From: Antedon mediterranea
Taxonomy: Eukaryota; Animalia; Echinodermata
Assembly (NCBI RefSeq): GCF_964355755.1
Contig: NC_092670.1
Span: 22,802,795-22,866,794 of the forward strand
Length of the DNA stretch: 64,000 nt
Reading direction: 5' to 3'
This document shows positions 12,877 through 25,400 of the stretch, piece after piece. Numbering within the stretch: the stretch's first letter is position 1; each line of letters begins with the position of its first letter. Below the pieces are notes generated by a model. That model ran no database searches, was not told where the DNA came from, and saw nothing but the letters and a program-made list of their open reading frames with translations. Both the position numbers and the translations under genes were made by a program.

Positions 12877-14149
12877 TACAGTATGACAAATGCATATACA
12901 GTAAGCCTATGCATATACAGTATGACAAATGCATATACAGGAAGCCTATGCATGTACAGTATGACAAATGCATATACAGGAAGCCTATGCATATACAGTA
13001 TGACAAATGCATATACAGTAAGCCTATGCATATACAGTATGACAAATGCATATACAGTAAGTCTATGCATATACAGTATGACAAATGCATATACAGTAAG
13101 CCTATGCATGTACAGTATGACAAATGCATATACAGTAAGCCTATGCATATACAGTATGACAAATGCATATACAGTAAGCCTATGCATATACAGTATGACA
13201 AATGCATATACAGTAAGCCTATGCATATACAGTATGACAAATGCATATACAGTAAGCCTATGCATATACAGTATGACAAATGCATATACAGTAAGCCTAT
13301 GCATATACAGTAAGCCTATGCATGTACAGTATGACAAATGCATATACAGGAAGCCTATGCATATACAGTATGACAAATGCATATACAGTAAGCCTATGCA
13401 TATACAGTATGACAAATGCATATACAGTAAGCCTATGCATATACAGTATGACAAATGCATATACAGTAAGCCTATGCATGTACAGTATGACAAATGCATA
13501 TACAGTAAGCCTATGCATGTACAGTATGACAAATGCATATACAGTAAGCCTATGCATGTACAGTATGACAAATGCATATACAGTAAGCCTATGCATGTAC
13601 AGTATGACAAATGCATATACAGTAAGCCTATGCATGTACAGTAAGCCTATGCATATACAGTAAGCCTATGCATATACAGTATTGCCTATGCATATACAGT
13701 ATGACAAATGCATATACAGTAAGCCTATGCATGTACAGTATGACAAATGCATATACAGTAAGCCTATGCATGTACAGTATGACAAATGCATATACAGTAA
13801 GCCTATGCATGTACAGTATGACAAATGCATATACAGTAAGCCTATGCATATACAGTATGACAAATGCATATACAGTAAGCCTATGCATATACAGTATGAC
13901 AAATGCATATACAGTAAGCCTATGCATGTACAGTAAGCCTATGCATATACAGTAAGCCTATGCATATACAGTATTGCCTATGCATATACAGTATGACAAA
14001 TGCATATACAGTAAGCCTATGCATGTACAGTATGACAAATGCATATACAGTAAGCCTATGCATGTACAGTATGACAAATGCATATACAGTAAGCCTATGC
14101 ATATACAGTATGACAAATGCATATACAGTAAGCCTATGCATGTACAGTA
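12877..14149. repeat. 39-bp minisatellite built from related 20- and 19-bp halves
   Basis: Unit cagtatgacaaatgcatata + cagtaagcctatgcat(a/g)ta; explains all the overlapping ORFs with 13-aa periodicity. Confidence 0.97.
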
Positions 14150-16694
14150 TAATGTACTTACTGTACTATATTATTCTTTATTGAATCTTTATTTACGAAG
14201 CTTAGCTAGCGTATTTTTTTATTTGTGTACCAAAATGTTTTTTTTTATTACGAATATTAAGCCAAAGCTAAACTACATTTTACTTTACTGGTATACCAAA
14301 AATACCTGAATTGTATTGTATTTTACTGGTTTAGTGAACTTCCCTGTGGTTTAATATCCCTGTGATTTGTCATTGGGATTTATTTCTAGTTTTGGCTGTC
14401 AGTAATTCCACCACATATTGTGTATAACAACATAACCCTATGTAATTGTCCATTAATCTCTCTCTAACAACACCCAAGAGACCAGAATACTTAACCTTTC
14501 CTAGCCAAATTGATATCAAAGGTTTCTAAACCTACATTTCATCCACTATGCTAATTTCTGCTTATAAAAAAAGCAGCTAAAATATGGTGTGAATAAATTA
14601 CTATACTGTATGGGTCTGTTTCTGCTGCATAGCGCCGAATAAACCATTTATTTCAAAATAGATTTGAAATAATAAATGTTTATATTGACAGCATTTCCGC
14701 TCAATTTTTGCTCCAAAATAACTGTTTCAGTGGGTGTTCGTTGACAAATACTGTAACCCAAAATGCAATTGGTCCTGGCGGTTAATTCAAACGTTACTGC
14801 AATGTAGTTGAATCAAGGTCAGCAGCTGTCAATCAAATAACCGTTTTTTTATGTTGCAGATAAAAGTTGCACAGTAATAACCATTGAAATAACGTTCTAA
14901 CACCGAATTGAATGGGTGTTTTTAACTATTATTTTTCCGCTGCCATTTAACCGGTTATTTTTATGCAGCAGAAAATTTGTTATGAAGACTACAGTACCAA
15001 TTACAGGGGACACCTTCAGGACCCCTATTAAGGAGACACAACAAAGTGTTCCCTTAATATTGCTCTTTGTTCGTTTAATATTAGTATCAGCATACATGTT
15101 TATTGTAAAGTTTATCAGAGTATTTGAAACCTACAATAGCTGAAAATTAATGATTATTTACAGATTAATTTCCATCTGGTATCCTTAATAATTTATTAAT
15201 GTGTTGTACCACAAAGAAAAATCAGGTATTAATTTTATCTTCTCATAATCTGCTGTATTCCTCTGGAATATATTAATAATTAGAATTTAAACCTCCTCTT
15301 GGTTGCCTGAAGATCACATCAAGGAAGATAAGTACAAATAAATCCTTTACTTGAACCAACAGACAATCAACGCACATCCCATAATGCATAGCTATTTTTA
15401 AATTACCAACAGAAGGCTACAACAAAAGCAATAATGATAGAGCTATTTCCAGTGGGATTCTGATTGTGCGTAAATATCCCATTGGAATTTACTGAAATAT
15501 GAATATAGGGTAATAACGACGTATTCTGTACTTGAAAACTTAAGTTACTTGCAAACTCAGAAAGTTAGGTATTATCAATGGCGTAATGGCTATGAGCACT
15601 CACTGGCTAAACCCAGGGGCGCTGGACCTTATGGGGGCCTCTGAGCAGTGTCCAGAGGAAAAAACAGGAATTAAAAAATGTGTCGAAAAAGACTAAAACA
15701 CCTGAGGCCTCCAGTGTTGGTGGGGGGTGGGGGGGGGGGCACTTATTATAGCCACGTGCCATCCAACACCAAGACACAGAGTCACTACAAATATTTTCTA
15801 TCTTTTCCATTATTATGAGGATTTTTTTAAATGGGTGAATGTTTAATCAACGGTTGTATTTTCGTCATGAATCAAGAGATCGCACATTTGCAATAAACAT
15901 TTTGTAAAAGCACAAGCCAACTTGTATCCACCAGCTGTTTTCGCGCAATATCTTAGCCTAGAGTGGAAGACAGTGTTGTGTGTTTGATTCTGTGTGTCCC
16001 TGGTTGAAGTCTTGCTTGATGCATTTTCTAAATATATATTTTAGTCGGTGGAGGAGATATTTTGCTGTGAAGTTGTTTATGAGTATAACAAATTATGAGG
16101 AAAATACACAACCAAGGATTAAGACGAGACAACCAGATCAAGTTTATACAGTACTGTAGTAGTCAATGTTTACAATTGATTTTGCTGTTGAAAATAAAAC
16201 AAAAGTTTTACGTAAACAGAGCAATAAAAAAAATGTGAAACAACATGGGTTTTATTACAAACATTTTTTATTTGCACAAACATAATTATCATTTATCAAA
16301 AAATAGTATAATATTAATATAGTTTGCTTTGACCTTGTTTACTTTGAGTGGTGTAATCCTCTGGGCTTTATAAATCAATCATATTAAAAAGCCTTGACCT
16401 TGATGTTCTATTTTTACATAATCATACCATCATAAAGTGGAGAAAAATTGTGTGGATAGTGTACATTATTTTTCCCTAGGCTTCTCAGTTGATTTCAATA
16501 CCAATTTCATCCTTGGAATAATTTTCTTTGTTCTAATTAAAAAACATTCCTATACTATGATTTGTGTAGTTAATTGCGTTTTTGTTAACCTTTTTTTAAA
16601 CTTTTTTAAATGTTCACAACATTCAATAAGAAAAGGAATTCCTAATTACTGGTTGTTAAGTCTTGTTATTAATATGAGGGTAAGATTGTTGCAC

Positions 16695-16911
16695 CAAGAC
16701 AATCTAACAACAGGACACTGAGCTTGCCTTGCCAAGATAGGAACCAGTAACAGTAACTTTGATCTTATGTCTGGCTGCAACAAATACTGTACCAACAGTA
16801 CTATACATTATGGCGCACTGTGTCTGAAAGGGGCATTGAACTGATTGTGTCACAGCCACAGACAAACCCTTTGATCTCCGGAGGTCAGCATCCTGTTGTT
16901 AGATTTCCTTG
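16695..16911. mobile_element. P-superfamily-like MITE
   Basis: About 28-bp imperfect TIRs caagacaatctaacaacagga / tcctgttgttagatttccttg; flanks gttgcac/gttgcga (5 of 7 match, GTnnnAC-type). Confidence 0.6.
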
Positions 16912-18513
16912 GTTGCGATGTAATTGTGTCAGGATTTGAACCATAGACCTGGAATTAGGCACCAAGGCACAGAGCCACTACAAATATCTTCTATATTTTT
17001 CTTCATTTTATTCTTGTAGTATGTAAACGAGTGGATCCGTAGAAGTAAAGGTTATTGAAAAAGGCAGTCTCGTTTCGTTGTTTGTCGTCAGGGTACTGAA
17101 AAGGTAAATTAGCATAACACAGTGTAATTTGCATACTGCTTGTTTCTACACATTAGAACCCCTGGAGACACCTTTATGACCCAACACAGTGCCTCCTGAA
17201 TTAGGGTTGGTTGTTATATATTTTCACTTGTTTGTTTCATGTTATTAATGTATCTCCTTAATAGGTGTGTTCCAAAGAGGGGTTCTTCTATATAGAGTAG
17301 AGTGTCTACTTGGTATTGGTACTTCCCCTTTTTTTTCACTGTCCACTAATATTTAATAATAATTTTAATTCAGAATTCTTTAAAAAAAATGTGTTCTTAT
17401 ATTTGATATCAAATCAATTGTATAACATATGGACTAATATTAAGTTTGAATAAATTAAATTTACAAATTAAATTAAACATTAGATATTTGTGATGAATCG
17501 GAACAGTAATTATGTCGTAGATGGAGTTTACGATTAGTGCAATAATTGGGCATGTAATAGATTCCTGTAACTTACATTACAGTCAATAATAAGCATAGGA
17601 CTTTTTACAAACAATAGTACTGAATTAATATTAGTCAAAAATGCACATAGAAAAAAAAACTTTTCCCAGTGGCTTTGCCGTGAAGAAAGTAGTCTCTCAA
17701 TGTGACCTAGAAATGATACTATTCATTTTTCATGTCTTGTTTATCATTTTTTTTTATCAAGCATAATGAATCTGCTTCGTGAAAATACAGATACATAATA
17801 TAGTTTATTGTGTAGATATATATATATATTTTAATATATTTTGTTTATGTCTTTCAACCATGTTAATGGTGGCATATGGTCACTGTAGGGTGATGATGAA
17901 ATAAAAATAAAATAAAAATATTTCTCATTTGAGAAGGTTATAATATATTGTATATTGTACTAAAGTTCTTGTTGGATTGCCTGCACAAAAAATAGAGGAA
18001 AACGTCCTTGAGTTATTTAAGTGTGAGGCAATTATTACATTACACACAAAAATAAAATGGTGATTTAATTTGAATCAAATAATTGTCATGTTTGTACTTC
18101 TGCACCAGCTGATTCGCCTGCTTACGTACTTGAAACAATATATCACAAAACAAAATGATGAGATAGCTTTTGAAATAACAGTACAGTATTTGGTTTGTAA
18201 ATATTATTACATTCTGTATTGTTTTATGTTACAGGCAGACAAGAGCCCTCTAGGTTGTAGAAGATCTCATGAATATTCATAGATTTCAGAAGTGTAGTCT
18301 TCAGTATGTTATCAAAGAAAGAAAAGTTCACTAATTTCAAACCGCATAAAGAATAAAAGGTTTATCAACTGATTCGAAATATAGAACCCTCCTTTTGAAG
18401 ACCCCTCCTTTTTAAGACCCCTTTGAAGGGTACACATTTTCCTGTAACAAAAGATTGGTGATGTATGTTTTAACCCTGCATCCACAATAACAATATTAAT
18501 ATTTACTGCCAAG

Positions 18514-18855
18514 TTGGCCCTATATTCAGTGGACACCCTTTTAAAGGGACACTTCTTTGATTCTTGAAGGTGTCCCCTTGGATTGGAGTTCTACTGTATG
18601 AGATAATAGACATTTGTTTGCCAAATATAATATATATAATAATAGTTAACTACAGAAATTCTAATTTGTAATGTTTTAACACTATTTGTTGTACAGCAAT
18701 TGCAATACTTTACTGGCCCTATTCATTCAGGGGACACCCTTTAAAAGGATCGCCCTTTATTGATTCTTGAAGCTGTCCCCTAATTGGAGTTCTACTCTAT
18801 GAGATAATAGACATTTTTGCCAAATATAGTAATAATAATAGATAGTTAACTAGAG
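18514..18855. repeat. About 200-bp-period diverged local duplication containing the end of a Tc1/pogo-like MITE
   Basis: tggccct...gattcttgaag.tgtcccct...ggagttctact.tatgagataatagacattt occurs at about 18514 and 18714. Confidence 0.75.
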
Positions 18856-20162
18856 ATATTCCAAAACAAAACAGACAATACCTATGACAAATGGATAAAG
18901 TAGAAAAGGTATAAATTGTCCATTGTGTGTCATAGAATATAATCAGTTGCATCTACAAATTTATAATATTCGTACCTATTCTGACATCAATGAAGCAGAA
19001 TGAGCATTGTAATTTTATTTTATTTTTTAAAGTTTAATTGAAGCTATTGAACTATGGAAAATTTAAACCCAACATTACTGGCTGACTCTCCAATAAAATT
19101 TACAAAGCTTTATTATCGGTACCTTCATCTAATTATTTTAACCTCAGTCTTCCACCGCACACCACCACCCACCACACCCCTGCCACACTATCAAACTTTA
19201 TGTAACAAAAAAATGTGATGTGCCCATATATGGACAAGATGATGTCATACCACTACCATATTTGGGTATATTTTTTTTATAGTGTAGACAGAGCTTTACA
19301 CTGGGGCCTAGAATGAGTCTACCATTACTTGAGGCCCCATGACCTAATTCTTTGTATAGTCCTTACAATATGTTATGTATGTTGTTAATGTTATTTCTAT
19401 ATCATTACTTGTTTGCGGAGGCAAATTCATCAACAGATGTAGAAATAAGCCAATTGCTGATACCAATTAGGTTAATGTATGTTTTGTATATTTTATCAAT
19501 AAATCAAATTATCTATATAAACACATAAAATGGGAAATGAAGATATATTTAGTACTCATGAAACCAAAATACTGGACATATAGTTAATCGAGTTAATTAA
19601 AGACCACTTTAGAACCAAATTTTGTTAGAGAAAGATCACTATAGAACCACATTTTGTAGGAATATTGTAGATATCTTCATATAAAGCACAACAAAGGCAT
19701 TATTTACTATGGTACCTATATAATAATCAATGTACCTTATTGATTAACAGATATATATTTATTATATTTATTTCCAGCTTGCAAACAGGATGTTTTCTTG
19801 GCCATGAGAAAAATCCTGGTAGGCCTACTGATATAAAGTTGAGGCAGCAGATGACCTAATCTTTATAGGCGCACAAACAACTACAATGCTGGTACTCGGT
19901 AGTGAACAGAGTTAGAATTCCGACCCATAAAAGACTTTTAACCATCAAGCTACTAATACAGTTATTATAGTATTCATTTAAATATGTATTTACAGGCATA
20001 GAGAAACTCTAAACTACCCAGTATTATAATGGACATTTAAACAAAATAACAATATATTTAAATAAAGAGAGACTAAATATAGAAAGCAAAGCTTATAAGG
20101 GAAGGGGTGGGAGTTACTGTTATGGTCCCATGACCAAGTGTGGTCGTATGGTCACTTCACAT

Positions 20163-21130
20163 ATTTGATTTGATTTGATTTATTCAATATCGGCTCATTA
20201 CAATTACAACAGAATACATAAAAATATATAATGAAACAAAAAGCCAGGATTGTCACAAGCGAACCCAATCACTGTTTAAAGACTTTCTTTTAACATAAAT
20301 AAAATATAATATAAAAATAAAATAAATGACGAAAAAAAATTAAATAATAAAAATCTAAGACATTATGTAAAAAAAATACAGCAGGGACCAGGTAAAATCA
20401 AAAGAAATAGTGTTGGCGAAGACTAGTCTCGAATTCTCGAAACCTGCCAAGGAGAGCAAGCTCACTTAATTCAGAGGGAAGACCATTCCAAAGTTTACAG
20501 AATCTAGGAAAGAGTGAAGATTGAAAACAGATAGTTCGAGCAAAGGGTGGCCCAATAGAAGATCAAATTTGTGACGAGAAATAGGAGAAAAAAAAGAAGA
20601 AACATCGAGTTCAATAATAGGAGTGTATAAACATTTGACAACAAAGATAATAGTTTGTAAATCAATCCGAGAAGTCAAAGAAGGAAGATGAAGGAGAGCT
20701 AATCTTTCGGCGTAAGTAGGACGTTCAAAGTGTTTACATGGAAAAAAGTATCTTGTAAGAATGCGTTGAGGTTTTTCAAGGAGATTAAGATGAGAAGCCA
20801 AATGTGGAAACCACACAGGAGCACCATATTCCAGAATCGGACGACATAAGGATTTGTAAAGCAGAAAAAGAGAATGAGAGTCATTGGTACCAACAGTACG
20901 ACGGATAAATCCTAAAGTCCTGGAGGCAGAAGAGTGAACAGCTAAAATGTGGTCGTGCCAGGAAAGGGTACTACTATTAAGGGTAATGCCAAGGTATTTA
21001 TAATTTAGGCCTATGGCTGTTAGTTAGAGATAGAGGGATATCATTAAGAGTATAAGGGTAGAGTGGGATTTCGAGAGCGAGAAACGTGCATAACTTTACA
21101 TTTATTGATGTTAAGTGACATTTTATTTCA
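20163..21130 (-). mobile_element. 5'-truncated CR1-group LINE (RT C-terminal part, 3' UTR, (TCAAA)n tail)
   Basis: Minus strand reads YLGITL..LSWHDHI...ASRTLGFIRR...LYKSLCRPILEYGAPVWFPH...LEKPQR...YAERLALLHLPSL; microsatellite tail at 20163-20183. Confidence 0.9.
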
Positions 21131-21310
21131 CCAGTTCCCTCCACAAGTCTTCGTTATGTGCCAACATCTGTGTTTCTGAGAAGGACTTTCTAGTCCATTC
21201 CGTGATGTTATCTAACCCATTTTTTCTGCCTCTTATTCCGATCCCTTTCAAGATGTTCATGGACTGATTATTGTTTCACGTGATACAGCCCATCATTTCA
21301 AAAGTAAACA
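21131..21310 (-). mobile_element. Degenerate RTE-type LINE C-terminal remnant
   Basis: Minus-strand peptide RGRKNGLDNITEWTRKSFSETQMLAHNEDLWREL resembles the RTE ORF C-terminus (RGRP..W.DNI.EWT......A..R..WR.L). Confidence 0.65.
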
Positions 21311-21339
21311 ATTCAAGAGACATTGGAGAAAGGCGTTGT

Positions 21340-22421
21340 GGTAGGGAGATCTCTGTATAGAGAGATGTCTGGTGGAGAGATCTCTGGTGGAGAGATGTCT
21401 GGTGGAGAGATGTCTGATAGGGAGATCTCTGGTGGAGAGATGTCTGGTGGAGAGATGTCTGGTAGGGAGATCTCTGTATAGAGAGATGTCTGGTGGAGAG
21501 ATCTCTGGTGGAGAGATGTCTGGTGGAGAGATGTCTGGTGGAGAGATCTCTGGTGGAGAGATGTCTGGTGGAGAGATGTCTGGTAGGGAGATCTCTGTAT
21601 AGAGAGATGTCTGGTGGAGAGATGTCTGGTGGAGAGATGTCTGGTGGGGAGATCTCTGTATAGGGAGATGTCTGGTGGAGAGATGTCTGGTGGAGAGATG
21701 TCTGGTGGAGAGATGTCTGGTAGGGAGATGTCTGGTAGGGAGATCTCTGTATAGAGAGATGTCTGGTGGAGAGATGTCTGGTAGGGAGATCTCTGTATAA
21801 AGAGATGTCTGGTGGAGAGATGTCTGGTGGAGAGATGTCTGGTAGGGAGATCTCTGTATAGAGAGATGTCTGGTGGAGAGATGTCTGGTGGAGAGATGTC
21901 TGGTAGGGAGATGTCTGGTAGGGAGATCTCTGTATAGAGAGATGTCTGGTGGAGAGATGTCTGGTAGGGAGATCTCTGTATAGAGAGATGTCTGGTGGAG
22001 AGATGTCTGGTAGGGAGATCTCTGTATAGAGAGGTGTCTGGTGGAGAGATGTCTGGTAGGGAGATCTCTGTATAGAGAGATGCCTGGTGGAGAGATGTCT
22101 GGTGGAGAGATGTCTGGTGGAGAGATGTCTGGTGGAGAGATGTCTGGTAGGGAGATCTCTGTATAGAGAGATGTCTGGTGGAGAGATGTCTGGTGGAGAG
22201 ATGTCTGGTGGAGAGATGTCTGGTGGAGAGATCTCTGTATAGAGAGATGTCTGGTGGAGAGATGTCTGGTGGAGAGATCTCTGTATAGAGAGATGTCTGG
22301 TGGAGAGATGTCTGGTGGAGAGATGTCTGGTGGAGAGATGTCTGGTAGAGAGATGTCTGGTGGAGAGATGTCTGGTGGAGAGATGTCTGGTGGAGAGATG
22401 TCTGGTGGAGAGATGTCTGGT
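21340..22421. repeat. 15-bp purine-rich minisatellite with interspersed variant units
   Basis: Unit ggagagatgtctggt, with variants agggagatctctgtat and agagagatg; source of the 382- and 391-aa spurious ORFs. Confidence 0.97.
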
Positions 22422-25400
22422 CAATGGGTGTATGAATGAGGATTTTTAAAACTATTTTAAAAGAATTTCCCGCAATTATGGCTCTCATCTTAAGCCAATC
22501 ATAAGAAAAAAATGCTAAGATCCATGAGTAATTATAACATTAGTTTGATGTATGAATTAGATCTTCTTCTTCGTTTCAAGCTAAATATTCTTCCATAAAA
22601 TACCATTAATATGTAAGGAGAGTATGGTGATTAAAGCATATGAAACGCTATATGGGATCATTTATTACTAAAAGATAACCCCGAAGCATTACACTAACAA
22701 TAACGTCGGCTTCACTCACCAATTAGACAGTCGTATTTTAACAAATTTAGCCTTCTTATTCGATATAAAGAGTACGTTTGTGATGGTTATTACATTCAGT
22801 AGATCCTACGTGCCTCTGGGTACAATTGTTAAATTACTAACTGCGTTTCAATGTTCAGATTGTATACCTTTTGTGGGTTAATTTTTAACTTTAATATTCT
22901 GTAATTAGTAAACATCAATTTATAACGGACTGTGATATCGTTTAAAGAAGTTCTAGATGTATTAATAAGTTACTTGGGTAACTCACAAGTATTTCCATTA
23001 AAGATGTATTGTAATGAAGAATAATTAAAACAGACTTTGAATAGGTTATTTTGTATAGTCTTAATAGAATAAATCTCTTCCATAGAAAAAAACGAAAAAG
23101 AAACATGTTTTCTCTTATAAAATGACAAAATAAATGGTTAAATTCAACAACAAAAAACCCATTTACGGGCAGCCAATTTTCTTTAAATTACAGTTCAGGT
23201 AAATAACATTTTTTTCGATCCAATTTTTGGTCAAACTATTATGTGACATTAAAATGGCACATTCGACAAAAAAAATTGTAAGAATTATTTGTTGAGGGTG
23301 ACAATATAAGCCTATATCTTTAAACGGCGTTAACTTCATTACAACACTATAAAAGTATAATACCATATAGTAGGCATATTCTTTATTTTTGGTCAAAGTG
23401 GATAACTGTTATGTGACATTAAAATGGCACATTCGACAAAAAAGAATTATTTTTTGAGGGGACAATAGGCCTACATCTTTAAACGGCGTTAACTTCATTA
23501 TATAACACTATATAAAAGTATAATACCACATAGTAGGCATATTCTTTATTTTTAAAGAAAGTAGCATTTTAATATATAGAATCCTATAGCCTACCGTACT
23601 ATACGTTAAGAAAATCTAAACGTATGCAAGTAAAATATAATGGTAGTGATTAGCGCAATAAAATATATCCATATTTATATGGATTTGATCTAATGGATGG
23701 GATATCAAGGTTTCTGCTGTTTTACTAATTCGTTTCCTATCCTATTTGGCGCCTTTTATGCTTTATATCCATCAGGCTTATCGCTAATGGCCTCTTACAT
23801 GTAAAGTGACATATTATGATATTCAAAACAACAATTTCACAACTGGGATATTTGAAAATACTAATTTGTTTTACGACTCAACGCGGTGTTTCAAACTGCG
23901 GAGGTCAGAATACATAAGTGGCATTAATACGGGCCTTTATGGTATGATCAATTTTACAACTGGGATTTGTACCGTATACGATTTCTCCTTGAAAAAAATA
24001 ATGCGTTTTAAATGGTTCTGAATACTTCTACTCCAGCGCGTAAAAATAAGTTTAAACAAAGACAAAGTGGTTTGATACGGGTTTATTGGTAATGGCTTGT
24101 GAAGCCATTATGATATTCACAACAACTTTGCCTATTTATGAATATGCAACGATTATTATTTGAAAGCAATAATTTCTTCTACAATTCTTCAAATGTTGCG
24201 CAAATATACGCGAGAGTTTACTTATTGTCTAAAGCTCTGTTTACACTATTTGACAAAAAAGTGAGATGTGCCCAAATACGATAATAAATTTATATAGATT
24301 ATTACAAAATTTGACAAGTGTGTTACAGGTATATTACACAATACATCAATTATTACAAAATACGATGAACAGACTTTGCGCGCTTAGCCATAGAGGGAAA
24401 ACTTAAATTTTAAAAAAAGAACAAACAAATGGGCTTATTTTGTAATGGCTTTATTTAAAGTAATGTTTAAATTGTGTGATTTACGGTACATCATATCTAA
24501 ACTAGAATATGTAAACGATTTTTCCTTTTAAAAGTTTTTTGAACATTTTTCTCGACACTAAGTACCTGCATTGCGCGGTGCTTTCAACAAAGGCAATGTG
24601 GCATGTAGGCCTACTTTGTACAGTATTTGCTTTTTTTTCGTATCATCGCCCAAATGAGCCATAAACACTATATATGTAACAGCATGTGTTGGCTTAATAG
24701 CATTTTTAGTTTCTGTCGTAATCATCCGGTGAAGTAAAAGCTGTTATGAAATATTGATGTTGAGTAGGCCGGTAGTGAACTAATCCTTCGATCATGTACG
24801 TATGTATTATGATGTGATGACCATTTATAACTAGTGTAACTTTGCTTATGGCCTGTGCGTCTCACATGGGCTATTAGCCTGAAAGTGTTAAAATGCTTTC
24901 CTGTTAACTCTGCAGTATATGTTTTTCCGTGGTTAGGCCTAGAATATGCAAGAATTATTTCAAATGTTCAGTATTATTACACGAGTAAGTTAGTCCAAAC
25001 CTCTTGATATGTTTATACCGAAACTTTCATGTACCGGCTTAGGTGCATGTATATCTTACTACGAATCAGGCCAAACACGATAGAAATAAGTTAGCTAACT
25101 TACTATCTTTCTGTTATTTGTTACTCTCAGTAGGCTTATATGTTTTCCCTGTGATTAGAGTATGGCAAGAATTATTTTATATCATCAGTAGGCCTACTAA
25201 AATGAGTTAGTCCAAGCCTTACGGATATGTTTATTGCGAAATTTTTAAGTACCCCTTATTTCGTACTACGAATAGACTTCACACTTCAGTACGGTACCAT
25301 ATCAGACCCAGCACATCACATAGCTACACTATCCTCTCCTAGACTTGTCCCAAATCTGTATTCATTGTCTTTTTTTAAATTTTTATTTGTTTTTATTTCG

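Noticed and set aside
12828-14309. Many overlapping Cys/His/Tyr-rich ORFs resembling zinc-finger repeats
   Set aside because: They are translations of a 39-bp minisatellite open on both strands, with no splice or domain context.
17065-17096. Minus-strand CUGACGA...GAAAC
   Set aside because: No stem II and no NUH cleavage site with stem I pairing.
18279-18308. Minus-strand CAUA-CUGAAGA...GAAA-UC-UAUG hammerhead-like pattern
   Set aside because: Stem II cannot pair and there is no helix III; likely chance.
21276-22488. 382- and 391-aa ORFs
   Set aside because: They are pure translations of the 15-bp repeat.
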